The translations under genes and the position numbers were made by a program. Below, one piece after another: positions 25,875 through 38,004 of a stretch of 64,000 nt of DNA. Origin of the DNA: Callorhinchus milii (taxonomy: Eukaryota); the NCBI RefSeq assembly GCF_018977255.1, contig NW_024704743.1, positions 52,020,001 to 52,084,000 of the forward strand, in the 5' to 3' direction. How positions within the stretch are numbered: the first letter of the stretch is position 1; the number at the start of each line of letters is the position of its first letter. The notes below the pieces were generated by a model that did not search any database, was not told where the DNA came from, and was given only the letters and a program-made list of their open reading frames with translations.

Positions 25875-25993
25875 ACTTTGAAATTAGTTATCTGCAGTTC
25901 TTAAAAGAAAGTTACTTAAAAATATAGCTGTATTTAACAATTTATCAAATTCTGGATGCTCTGGAAGCCACATCAGAAGAGCAAATCAAGACA
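25875..25993 (+). repeat. Unclassified interspersed repeat, copy 1 (copy 2 at 47928-48059)
   Basis: Shares ACTTTGAAA..CTG(C/T)AGTTCTTAA, CAAATTCTGGATGCTCTG and AGAGCAAATC.AGACA with copy 2. Confidence 0.75.
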
Positions 25994-26819
25994 CAGGTAA
26001 AATTTCTCCCCGGAAAATGTAAATAACTGAATGTGTGGTTGCAGGCTGTTTATCCAGGCATAAAGAAAGTGACCTTTTAAAAAGGTGTGAATACTACAAG
26101 AAAGCATCATCTCTTCTTTCTGATCTGGTGCAGCTCCTATATGTCTGAAGCAGTCAATTGTGACAAGGCTATTGGTGCCATTTGGTTGAGAAGAGGTTAA
26201 AATGCTTTATTATGAATCATGCTGTCTATAAAATTCTTTACTGTCTAATGCATCAGTAAGATCATACATTAAGAAATTAGATTGTTGGATCTTAAGGAAG
26301 GATGTGTGAGCAAAAGTGTTTTGTTTATATCAACCTGTCTCCTCATTGGTAAAGACAAGCTAAATATAATTGACCTTCTCAGTGACAAGGTTGCTGGGTA
26401 AAAAATCATTGAGGTTTTCCAGTCACCGAGATCATGTAGTTAAATTGAAGCTGATCTTTAATGAACAGTGGTTTATCCATTAGTTATTTTTTACTATGTC
26501 TGTATCTTTCTATTCACTAATTTCATCTAAAGAATTCAATCCTGTACAGCACATAAAGTAAGAGAGAGCTTGTGCTGTTTGCACATTGAGAGGTTCAATA
26601 TTCTTTTCCCCTCTACTTGTGCAGTTAACTTATCTTGATATGTTACCATTAGGTGGTGTAAGACTGATCTAGCTTGTTTGTGCTGAAGGCATAATTTACC
26701 ATGCTGAGTTCACATTGGAAGCTTTAGAATTTTAGTCTTTCTAAATCTGAAATCCAAATGCCTTTGAATGTTCCAGCTAACTCAATAAAAAAACAGAAGT
26801 GTGCAATACACGGGCAATT

Positions 26820-27455
26820 ATACAATAAAAATTTACATTTAGATAGTGCGTTTCCCATTGGGAGGAAGTCCAGAGGACTTTGCTAGTCGATTTAGTGGAT
26901 TGCTTTCTGGGTGTAATAAGTCCTCTAAAAAACCCCCCAAAAATTGCGTCACTCAATCCACGACTGTTTGTAGGACACTGCTCTGCACAGTAGGTTGCTG
27001 CATTTCACCCACAAAATACAGTGTGGTCAAAGGAATGCCTTGAGGTGAATCGTGAGAGAGGTGAGGGAAGGGGACACTTTACAATATCCACTTTACAATA
27101 TATTCTGTGAAACACATTGAGGCGTCATATAATAAGGATTATTATTATTATATTATATAAGGACATAAGCTGCAGAGTTCTGGAGCTTGTGAAGGGAAGA
27201 GGCAGGTAGTCCGTTACCCTAAGCAGAGAGTTACCCTAATTCATCCTGGGGTAATGAATGAATGGATGAGGGTCCTGGCGGCCCGAGGGGAGAGGATAGT
27301 GGTGGTGGCAGACAATGTTACAGAAGTGGGGGAAAACAGTTGTTCCCACACATCTTCAGAAACAGGCACTAAGACCGTGCAAAAAGTAAGTATCAATCAC
27401 AACAACAACAACAAAATTACATTTGTATAGAGCCTTTCACGTTGGGAGGACATCC
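26820..27455. mobile_element. Cluster of short L2 tails and fragments (-) and a SINE 3' half (+)
   Basis: SINE tail ~26930-27155 ending (ATT)n; L2 pieces at ~26820-26880, 27165-27340 and 27400-27455. Confidence 0.7.
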
Positions 27456-28412
27456 TACAACAAAGGCACAAGTCTATGAGTTACATCCCACAAACTCAGA
27501 CACAATGCTCCTTAAATACACCAATAGCTGAAATTCCACCTTCAGTCTGTAACNAAAAATATGTAAACAAACCCTCGCAGCAGCCAACTTTTTATAGTAT
27601 ATACAGCTCAGGGCAGGTGTGTTACCAATTCCTTCAATTTGTGAAAGATGTTGGTAATATAATCTTTAAGAAAATGTAATAAAGAAGTAAACAGAAAACT
27701 GGTGGTAGCTAAAAGAAGCCCTCCACAGCTAGATCACAAAGAAGATGCTGAACACACAAGCCACACACTGGCAAATACATAGCTAATGGTACAAAAATAA
27801 TACATGACTGTACAGCACAGGGGAATATTCCAGGGAAGTCAAAATCAATATGGCAATATTCCAGCTGCAAACATCAAAAAGAATAAAATCAAACTTTTTT
27901 TGCAAAGCACTAACAAACTATGAAGGTGTGCAGCAAAATGAGTGTGGAGGTATGGATTACCAGTCTAGTAAAAGGACAAGTTGTAGTGGTAAAGGTGTCT
28001 TTGCTACAAAACATCCAACTTCAGAGAAACAATGTAACAGTGAAGAGATTGCAACCAAATGTTGAAGGTAAATCATAAGAATCTTAGAAAGTTTAAAGCT
28101 CAGAAAGAGGCCATTCACCCCATCCTATGTGTGCTAGTGCTAGCTTCCCCCATGGAGCTATCTACTCGATCTCATCCCATTGCCCTGCTCTTTTCTCCAA
28201 ACAATCCTCAAACTCCTCATAACAAACCTGAGGTGTGAACAGGCAAATCAACACCACCCCTTTCAAATGAAGGGATTCATTCACGGATTTCACGAGCGTA
28301 ACTACACAAAGTGGTAGTCACGCATTTCTTCTACCATCTGGCATTTTGAAATGAAAAGGTATTTTGTTGCATAGAGATTTTGCTTTTATAAAAAAAAGTT
28401 TTAAAAAAAAGT

Positions 28413-29000
28413 CTAGCTCAGTTGGTAGCACGCTCACCTTTGAGTCAGAACGTTGTGTGTTCAAACCCTGTTGGGACTCTGTACTCACAGTCCAGGCAAG
28501 GGTGGTCCAACCTTTTGGCTACCGCTGGCCGGATTCCCCATTTGAGAAAGGTCCACGGGCCGCATCCAGCTTGGGCCAGCTGGCGGCCCACGGACCACAT
28601 CTGGCCGGCAGGTGATTTATCCGGTCCAAGACCATTTTCAACATTCCAGATTCCACTCCCTCCTTCCCTCCCTGGTGAACATCTCCCCAGGGCAGCGGCA
28701 GGAGCGCTTTGAAGGACGCAACCCGGAGATTGGAAATAATACCGGCCGTAATTTCAGTCTGGCAGGAATGCAAGCGGGTCTCTTACCAACTGTGTCCTTA
28801 TCAACCGCCGTGCAGATAGTGAACCGAACAATAAAATTGGTTATTCATTTTATGGCTCTCTGTGAGACATTGCTAGGTGCAAATTCGTTGCCACATTCAC
28901 CTCCTGATAGACAGTCACTACACTTTAAAATAAAATCCTGTGAAATACTTTGTGACTCTCAACATAAGATACTCTATCAAAATGCAAAATGCAATTATCA
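28413..29000 (+). mobile_element. Deu-type SINE head (28413-28496) and tail (~28830-29000), interrupted by a hAT-like insert
   Basis: Head TAGCTCAGTTGGTAGCAC..TGAGTCAGAA..GTTCAAACCC; tail AAATTGGTTATTCA..GAGACATTGC..CTATCAAAATGCAA. Confidence 0.75.
28497..28810 (+). mobile_element. CpG-rich hAT/Charlie-like DNA transposon fragment
   Basis: Begins CAAGGGTGGTCCAACCTTTT, resembling Charlie-type termini, and has GCGGCCCACGGACCACATCTGGCC subterminal-like motifs. No matching right TIR seen. Confidence 0.6.
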
Positions 29001-29320
29001 TGAATTGTATACTGCATCACCTCCTGATTGTGGTCATGTTTCTATGGCTATTTACAGAAAATTAATGAGAACTGTTCTCCTGCCGGTAAATTTGCAGACC
29101 TGTGCCAGAGAACAGTGCTTCCCACTACCTAATCATCTATTTGCTAGCACTTTACGGTACCCAATTATAATGGGATTTCCCAAATGTAGAACAATACTGT
29201 TCTACTGTTGCTGTTCTTTGGATGAAACAATACCCACTCAACGGCAAAGGTCAGTAATTTTACCACAAAGGGAGAATAATCCTCTTTCTCCAATCTTGAT
29301 TCACAGTATCATCTTCCTGC

Positions 29321-29377
29321 CACCCGCCCCCCCCCCCCCCCCCCCCCACACACACTTTTTGATGTTGTTGTTGTTGT
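29321..29377. repeat. Poly-C run followed by short (CA)n and (GTT)n
   Basis: About 20 consecutive C residues. Confidence 0.85.
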
Positions 29378-30894
29378 AATACTATAATCTCTAGGTGAGA
29401 AGGAAAGTGCTCTAGTATCAGAAGGGTTGTCCTGGGATGGACATCAATGATTCCACACTGTTCAAAAGAGAAAGGAGATTCTCACCAACAATACTACAAT
29501 ACTCCAGATTATTCAGCTCTTAAGATAATTGCTGTTTCTGGGAACTTGCTATGCACAAAATGGGTGCTGTCTGTGCCTACTAAAGCAGTCGCTACATATG
29601 ACGATAATTAATTTGAGACATTTTGGTGTTATTACACATGATACAAATGCAAGTTCTTCTTTCTCAGTAGGAGTTCAGCTGATGAGAAGTTTGTTGAGGC
29701 TTTAACCTCCGGGCTACATTTCAGTTTCACTGCTGTAAGGCATAACATTAGAGAAGCATAGGCACAGAGAAGCAGAGGCAGAATATGGTTAAAATAATAA
29801 ACCTATGCTGTTTCAATTTGATCTAAGGATTGCTGTAATGGATGAGTAAGAGGGTGAAATAAAGCAGTGCACAACAATGTTTATTTTAGTGCTGGTGAAA
29901 ATAAAAATTTGACCCTGCTAAAAATATAAGCATGAGCCTCAACTGTTTGAAATGCTAAGTTAAATTAATAGATTAGACAGGAAACAATGCATCTTTGACA
30001 GCAGAAACCCAACATTCACTCCGAGAGTGGAAAGGCTGAGTGTCTCACGCGACTCATGAATTATCCAGGGTAATAAAAATTGAGATTCCATTTTCAACTC
30101 TGCTTTTTGTTTTACATGCGGAATACTTAACACTGAGGTGAAAAATTACGTGCAAATTACCACTTTGCCGAGAATTGGTATCAAACCAATAGATTCATCA
30201 AATCAGTAGATTCGACTCCGATTCAGAGTCATGTAATGTAATGGTAGAGAGTGCTCGCCTACCATTATGTTACGTTATCAAATGCAAGGATTATTATTAC
30301 TACAGATAATTAATTATACCTAGAGATCTCTTTGAGTTACTTTATGAATCAAGATTCAAATTCCATGCTCCATTGACAGCAATACCAAAAGTGGACACCA
30401 AGCCAATGGGTCCAACCATTGCTTCAAAGCCAGTGAGGAATCAAAGATGCTGCAATCCATTTGTATTTTCAATCAGTGTCAACTTAGCTCATATGATTAC
30501 ATAAATTATGTGATCTGTGATATGATATTTATCACCATTGCTAAATTAATACGTCACTGAAAACAGACCTCTTTGAGTTGTCCCATGAATCAGTGCTCAA
30601 ATTCCATTCTCCACTGGCAAGAATTGTACATATCATTCATATGAAATTCATATATATCCCACTTGAAGATTATTCTGCGAAGTGCTTTGAAATGTCTCGA
30701 AGACATGATAAGGCGTTATATCAAAATGCAAGGATTATTACTATTATTATTGTCCACATTCTTCCAAAGTTTGTGAAACATTGTTCAATTACCTTCCATT
30801 TAAACCAAATAAACCATACGATAGGGAGGAATTCAGGCAAAAAATAACCTTGGGAACAATAACCAACTTGCTTTTATCTTCTTTGCTGTTGTTC

Positions 30895-30960
30895 AGCACT
30901 TTGGGACGTCCTCCCGACATGAAAGGCGCTCTACAAATGTAATTTTGTTGTTGTTGTTGT
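30895..30960 (+). mobile_element. Extremely truncated L2 (terminal stem-loop plus tail)
   Basis: GGGACGTCCTCCCGACATGAAAGGCGCTCTACAAATGTAATT(TTG)n. Confidence 0.85.
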
Positions 30961-31199
30961 GATCTTCATATAGCCAGGTGCCCAAAATGTTTTGTCTACT
31001 TACAGTTAAAACCATTGTCTGAAAATTTAAGATTGTGCACAATATTTGGAAATTGTCTTAAACTCAATTTTAATTTCAAAGCATTTTTTTATCTACGTTG
31101 CAGAAAATCATCCTATAAATTAACAGTTTTTCAAACTTCCACAAGTTTTTAAATTGTAGGATCATGTTCTTAATCACATAGGAATTATGGGCCTGATGT

Positions 31200-31660
31200 T
31201 CTGGGTCAGAAGGTTGGGGATTTAAGCCCCACATCAGGACTTGGAATCACAGTCTAAGATGACACTACAGTGCAGTGCTGGGGAGGTGTTGCATGTCGGA
31301 GTTGCTGTTCTTTGGATGAAATATTAAACCAAGGTCCTGTCTGTCTGTTCAGGGGTATATTTTTATATTTTGTGCAGAAAATGAAAGCCGCGGTGATGTG
31401 ATAATTTACCCCTGCGACGTAAAAAAATCACATGGCTCTATTCAAAAAGAGAAGGGAGTTTCTCCTGGTGTTTTAGTCAGCAAATCCCCCAAATAAAATT
31501 GGTCACTCACTTTATGGCTGTTTGTGGGACATTGCAAACTGGGTATCGTGTTTCACCCACACAATCAATCCACGTTACAGTATATCTTATGAAGCGCTTT
31601 GAGACGTCTCGAAGATGTGATACGGCACTAAACCAAATGCAAAGGTTATTATCATCATTA
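31200..31660 (+). mobile_element. Deu-domain tRNA SINE with a ~60-bp internal insertion
   Basis: GACACTACAGTGCAGTGCTG..TTTGGATGAAATATTAAACCAAGGTCC Deu-like core followed by the shared SINE tail. Confidence 0.85.
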
Positions 31661-32747
31661 TTTGCTTTTCTGCTTCATAACTTTGTAACTAAGTAGGAAA
31701 AGGTAGACTTTCTATGTGTATGGAATGAACACCAAAAATGTACTCAGGGACATGGATGTGAGCATTTATTTTTGTATCATTGTCCACAAGGAATGAAATG
31801 AAACCAGATGGAGGTAAAGAGCATCCCCGTGTTCACAAGGAGATGAACTCTTGATCAACTTGGGTTGAGGTGGGTCAGAGTTGAAATTCTTTTAATACAA
31901 ATCTGGTTTGAATTTAAGCATGTCAATTGACAAATCCCAGACTATCAGAGACTCAGGCATCTATTTAGCCAATGTTTTCTCCAGTGAAGAAATTGTGGAA
32001 AGCCGGTGACATTACCCATCTCATCATAATATTTTGTTGCTTAAAAACATAACAGAAATAATTTTACCATGACAACATTAGCCTTTTTAAATAATGTAGG
32101 AGCAAATACACCAAGCAAAGTGATCAAAGTACATTTTGTTTTGAATCTCTTTAATGAATTATCTGTACAAAAGATTATTATTATTTAGGAGTCTTATTTT
32201 CTCTCAGAGGCTATCCATTGATTCAAATATTTTCAGATTTCTGGTGACAAGTAGAAGACTGACTGTTAGTAGTGTATTTGCCTTGACAGTAGAAGCCCAA
32301 ACCCCATAACTGTGCTCATGTGTCAGCAACATAACAAATAATCCCACTGCAACCGTTGTATGGTCAGCCTGGCTGTCAGTCAACAATCACTTCTTTCATC
32401 AAGTTTTAGTACCCAGCGGAAAAATGGGACCAATTCATCAAATATCACTGCATATTAAACATTGTTCCACTGAGATCTGACAGTGTATGATGAATATTTG
32501 AGTGCAGTATCACTGTAGGTAAATTCAATGAGACTGTTGTAACAAATATTAAAATGTAAACAAAAAGGGAACATTGTTGAGAATTGTGCTTAGATATCAG
32601 CAAAGGCCTATATTCCCAGGAGGAAGACTGTTGTCTTAAAATTGCATGATTTGTGGAATTTGGAAATCAGATTGTAATTCAGTCTTAATTTAGAATCTAA
32701 TTTTTATTAGTTTGCATTAGTGTTTTCAGTCTCCTCACCACCAAATT

Positions 32748-33250
32748 ATATAATAAGATAATAATCTTTGCGTTTGATAAAGTGTCTTATCAACAGCGTC
32801 AACAACAACAACAAAATTACATTTGTATAACGTCTTTAACATCAGGAGGATGTCCCAAGACGCTGAACAACAACAACAACAAAATTACATTTATAGAGCA
32901 CTTTTCATGTCGGGAGGATGTCCCAAATCACTGAGCAGACAGAGTTTTGGACCCAAGCTGGGGATGGGGGTCGGGGAGGGTGGAGGGCAGGGGGGGAAGC
33001 AGGAAGATCGAAAGCACAGTCAAAGAGGAGGGTCTTAAGATGGGTCTTGAAGGTGGCGAGGGAGGGGGGCAAGGCAGAGGGACTGCAGGATGGAGTTCCA
33101 GAGGGTGGGTGCAGAGTGGTGGAAGGCCCGCCTGCCAACAGTGGGGCAAGCGAGGCGGGGGAAGTGAAGAAGGCCGGAACCCGCTGAGTGGAGGAGCAAA
33201 CAGGATGGTAGGGGATTAGGAGGTCGCAGAGGTAGGAGGGAAGAGCCCGT
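32748..33250 (-). mobile_element. L2 3' fragment with stacked extra L2 and SINE tails
   Basis: Two consecutive (CAA)nAATTACATTT..GGAGGATGTCCCAA units, preceded by a SINE-tail remnant; ORF2 C-terminus ..TLWNSI..FKTHLKTLLF. Confidence 0.9.
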
Positions 33251-33441
33251 GGAGTCAGCCAATTGCACACAGCACTCTCATTGGAGTGTCAGCCTGGACT
33301 GTGAGTTTGAAGCCTTGATGTAGGGCTTGATCCCACAACCTTTTGACTCTGAAAGGTGCAGGTCTAGAACTTTAAGCTAAATGATGATTAGTAACACTAT
33401 ACCTGATCACCCATAACTCCCAGCTACACCTTATTGTGGAT

Positions 33442-33508
33442 ACCTGTAGCATATTGGTTAGAGCATTTGCCTCGTAAGTGAAAGGACCTGGGTTCAATTC
33501 CCGGGCAG
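33442..33508 (+). mobile_element. Isolated tRNA-derived SINE head
   Basis: CCTGTAGC..GGTTAGAGCATTTGCCTCGTAAGTGAAAGGACCTGGGTTCAATTCCCGGGCAG matches the SINE heads and has no body. Confidence 0.8.
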
Positions 33509-33704
33509 TGTGAAAGGAAGCCGTTATCATCCTATTGCCCTTGCTGAATGGGTGTTAGAGTCTCCTTTGGAAAATGCCTCCTGACATAATTTGGGGAGTT
33601 AAGGAAGGGCAAGTCAAATGTTTGCTTTAAATTCCTGTTTATTGGAGATATATTGGTCCTGTGAAAACATTTTAAAGGTCTCAGTTGCACCTCTCAGTTG
33701 TACC

Positions 33705-33987
33705 TCATTGAACCAGTCCAGACCTTGGTGTCCTGTTTGACCTTCAACTGTCTTTCTGTCCCACATTCATGCCATTACCCATTCTGCCTTCCCCCACCTC
33801 TGCAACATCACCTGGCTCCGCCACTGCCTCTCCCCTCAGGCCACTGAAACCCTCATCCACGGATTTATTACATATAGGCTTAACTATGTCAACCCTTTGC
33901 TTGTTGGTCTTCCCAAATCCCTGACTGTCCAGCATCTTGGAACGTCTTCCGTATGTGAATAAATGTAATTTGTTGTTATTTGTTGTT
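33705..33987 (+). mobile_element. Degraded, internally deleted L2 fragment
   Basis: LGVLFD..LSF and ETLIH motifs; tail AAATGTAATTTGTTG. Confidence 0.8.
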
Positions 33988-34080
33988 ATAGAGAGTAGAT
34001 TGTCTATACGTTCCAAATCATGTATTTTTCCCACCAACCACAAGAATGTATGTATATGACTGTGAAACCCCATAAACTAG

Positions 34081-34179
34081 ACTTGTGGTGCTGGAAAACT
34101 CAAAAGAATTTCCATCATTTTCATCTGTGCCATCCTCATCATCTTCCTCCTGGAAAACAAGGCTGTTCTCCTCAAAGAT
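34081..34179 (+). other. Candidate 99-nt exon (unverified)
   Basis: AG at 34079-34080 with a weak pyrimidine tract and donor GAT|GTAAGT. The phase-0 frame reads TCGAGKLKRISIIFICAILIIFLLENKAVLLKD. Confidence 0.25.
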
Positions 34180-36647
34180 GTAAGTCCTGCTGCCTGATTC
34201 ACTGTGGTCCTGCCATCTAATTTTCATTCTGCTAAAGACTAACTCACAAATTGGAATTTTCATGTGTTAAATGTTTAGTCAAAAAAAATACACAGAACTA
34301 CTGGCAACATTTCCTAAAGTATCATAAATGATACTGGAATAAAATTTTACCACATTTACTTTTAAAAGATGTTCTGAAGGTGAGACTTGCACTTTAATTT
34401 AGATAGGGTAAGTATACACTGCTGCTCTGCTACATTCCTGTGGCTAACATACATTGCATACACATGTATTGGCACCCTCCCTAATGTTCATTTACAGTCA
34501 GTAATTTACCCACAGAAACAGAGTAACTTTTTCTGAAAGTCTGAGTCACCCGCCACCCAGCAAACTCACAGTGATCACACCTTGACTGCTACCCCCAAAA
34601 GAGTGCACTAAAAGATATGTCAATACCTGAGTAGAGCTGTCACTGTTTTCTGCTGCTAGTTGGTGACCTGAGAAGTCATGAGCAGGCAGAATTGATGTCA
34701 AAGGGGGACAATATTAGTGATTTATGGCTGGAGAAGTTGAATATGAGCTTCTCTGAAGCTGCAACAATTACTGAATGCAACGGCTGTTCCTCTTCCCTTA
34801 CAAGCTGTGGTCATGTTTGAGTGTTTGGATCTACATGTCTTCAGCCTGCCCTGTCCACTTAAAACCACATTAATCACCGCCTCACTTTATATATCAGAGA
34901 GGCCAACTTGCTGAGAGCGATTATGAGGTCACCGCTCTGCAGAACTAGTTAACCAATTCCCAGACTTGATATCTTCTCTCTGGTCAGACAATTCATCATC
35001 ATTCTCCCGGCGAGGAACAATGGAGGAGGCAAAGGAACGACTGAATAAGGAGACGGCATAGAGAAGGAATGAAAAAGACAGAATTCTCCAATCCCTGACG
35101 AGTCACAGTGCCTTTTGTCTGAGGAAAACCTATTCTTTGTCTAATGTAAAGACCAAATTATTTCAGACAAAAACAAGACAAATGTCTTTAAGATATAGTT
35201 GCGGTTAGTACAAGTGGCAGTCGCATTCTGAGAGCAAGGCACCAGCAGACTAGCAGCTGTCTCCTTAGATGCCTGAAAGCTCTGGGACCGTGGCATTTCT
35301 CATACACACAAGTGGAACGGATAGGCAAGCTGTACGGGCCTTCATCCTTGCTAATAGAATGCTAGGCAGACCCTCTGGGGCTTGTTGAACCCAGGACACC
35401 ATTAGCACTGAAGCAAAGAGGGACAAACGAGACTGACAATGGTGTTATTTTAAGCAACAAGCTCCTCTGCTTTTCAACAGCTGAAAAGCCAGCATTTTTA
35501 CTACTGTGGGCCAAAAAGCGGTCAGAATTAAAGGGAAACAGGCACTGGCAAATATAAGTGGAATAGACAGTTTCCATTACCCCTTGTGCTCACCAGAGAA
35601 TAATTTGCAAAGGCTGGCTAAATTGTGTTTTAAGAAGTGTAACGACGTGTAATAATTTCCTGTCAGTGTGTCAGTTGCATGTAGGTTGAGTGGGAAAGAG
35701 TAGCAAGCAAGGGTCCAATACAAAGGCCACTGCTTGAGAGACTAATGAAGCTATAATTGTTAACCAGGTGGGAGTGTTAGATAAAACATAAGAGCTGCAT
35801 GGAACCAGCCTGGACACAAACTTGCATTTTCCTCCCCATTAATCTTGTGTGATCTTAGACTAATTCACTGGTCTAAACAGCTAAATATGTGTGTGAATCT
35901 GAATCTGTTGGTGGTGCATAGAGATGAAACCCAACAACAAATCCCCTTAATCCAATAAATATCCACCAGGTCTCTAGGCATCCATATTATGGCTCCAAAA
36001 ACATCTTGTTTTCCTAACTCAGGTTTACGTTGCAGTTATATGAAAAAAACTTTTCAATTCAAACATTAGTTCTGGGTGTGATGTATTTATCCAGTCAGGC
36101 AACATAATGCAACAATCCTCTTGGAGTTGATTTATCTCACAGAAATCAATGAGAAAAATAAATACATAAATATATATTTTATATTTTTTAATTTGTACTT
36201 TTATTGGCAACACGAAAGTTAAACTGCTACATATACTTAATTGCTTGTGTGAGTGCAATCTAAATGGTACCATATTTGCACTGTTTTATGGTAATATTGA
36301 CAGACGAAAGAAAACTTAATTAATCTTAACTAGCCTCACACCCGCACCAGACAAGGTCTCCTTCTCATAGATCTGCAAATTTCAAAGTGCAGGGTTAGTC
36401 TCAAATGTACTAATATCTATAGATTGACCAGATTTCGCTTCCTGCTGACTGTTTCAATAAGTGTTTCAACAAGAAACATTTCCTAGGTTTAAAGGATTTG
36501 CTGTTTGTCCCATTTCCTTACTTTCCCTTAATATTAATTTTATAAATGAAGCTGCATTGCAGGAGGTTTTGCCATTTTGTAGCATATTCAGTAGCTGTCT
36601 TAATTTGGCTGGACCCCATTCTGAGTAACGTGTGAGAGCCTCAATGT

Positions 36648-37024
36648 GGAGTCCCTCAGATTAGTGGTTAGAGCACTTGCCTCGCAAGCGAAAGGACCTG
36701 GGTTTAATTCCCGGGCAGGGCGAAATGTTAGGCAAGTTTCCTTACTCCACACACTTGTTTACCTAGCAGTATGTGGGAACTCAGTTGTTAGTCGATTGGC
36801 GGATCTTTTTCCGGGGTAGTAATCCTTTCAAAAAATAAATAAATAATTTGGTCACTCAATCCACAACTATTTGTGGGACACCGCTGTGTGAAATTGGCTG
36901 CCGCATTTCGCCCACAAAGTACACAGACAATCTGCTTTATAGTATATTCGGTGAAGCCCCTTTGAGACTGGTTAAAGACGTGATAAAGAGCTACATCAAA
37001 TGCAAGGAGTATTATTATATTATT
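36648..37024 (+). mobile_element. tRNA-derived SINE, long-body type
   Basis: Head GGAGTCC..GTGGTTAGAGCACTTGCCTCGCAAGCGAAAGG, body GTTTACCTAGCAGTA, (ATT)n tail. Confidence 0.92.
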
Positions 37025-38004
37025 GTTGGGAAAGCAATCAGATAAGGACACTACGTAAAAAACAGATTCCCAGTTCTTTGCTTCATCAAGCCCCTCCAAG
37101 CCCAACTTTAGTTCAGTTCAACATTCCATTAGCTGTGTAAAACTCAGCCCAACTGGATCATTAAATATAATTTCCTCTGATTTCTCCACCCCCTGTTTCA
37201 GTATCTGAGACCCTTGTGACTTGCTTCCTGTAGGCCATGAGCGCAGAGTAGCTGTAATTAAAAATAACCCAGTATACATCTGTAAGGCAAGCAGCTGTTC
37301 CGGCAAGAGCCAGTTGTCTGAGATACCCTGGAAATAAAGCCACTACATGAGCAGCTTTTACTGCCATGAGACAGAAAGAATGTTAATTTTCATTATCAGT
37401 GAACAGCACGTGTGTATCTTTGTTGTACTGTGAAGCCAAGTGAACAGCCGGGAGATAAAGTGACATCACGCTTTCCCACCAGTGGTTTGAAATAAAAAAG
37501 AAAGGATTACTGCAACTCTGAGGTGACAAAAATCCAATATCAGGGGATAAACAACATGGAGAATAATTGATTCACTTCAAGCCATGATTGAGTATGTTTT
37601 AAGGGTGACTGATCCTCAAAAGATTTCATTTACATATAATGACTACTGTTAACATTTGAGTAGGAATGTCATTGCAGCTTGCTGTGTTTAATGATTGCAT
37701 AAATCATTCCCAGTTGGTCACTGCTAATTTAATGGATGCCTTCCCCTGTTTGTCTGTAATTTCCTTATATTGTGCTAGATATTAAAGAAGATAGTGTCCT
37801 CTCAGAAGGCGTGTGGAGATCTTCATATGTCTGTGTTTAGCTGTTTGATTTGGCGCAGCTCTTCAAAGCCTATGCTCTAAATGGCTGACACCATAACACA
37901 CCTCTCTCCACAGCAAAGCAAGGGAACCAGCTTCCTGCATCCCCTCCAATGTACTCACCCAACACTAACTGTTCAGGATAATGTTGACGTATTTTAGGTA
38001 TTAT

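Noticed and set aside
27554..27554. Ambiguous base N (another at 62760)
   Set aside because: Assembly ambiguity, not biology.
28612..29379. 255-aa ORF
   Set aside because: It runs across a transposon fragment, a SINE tail and a poly-C tract, with no recognisable domain; chance ORF.
33442..33508. Possible tRNA gene
   Set aside because: It matches the SINE head, with a damaged A box/D arm and no poly-T terminator. The same applies to the other SINE heads.
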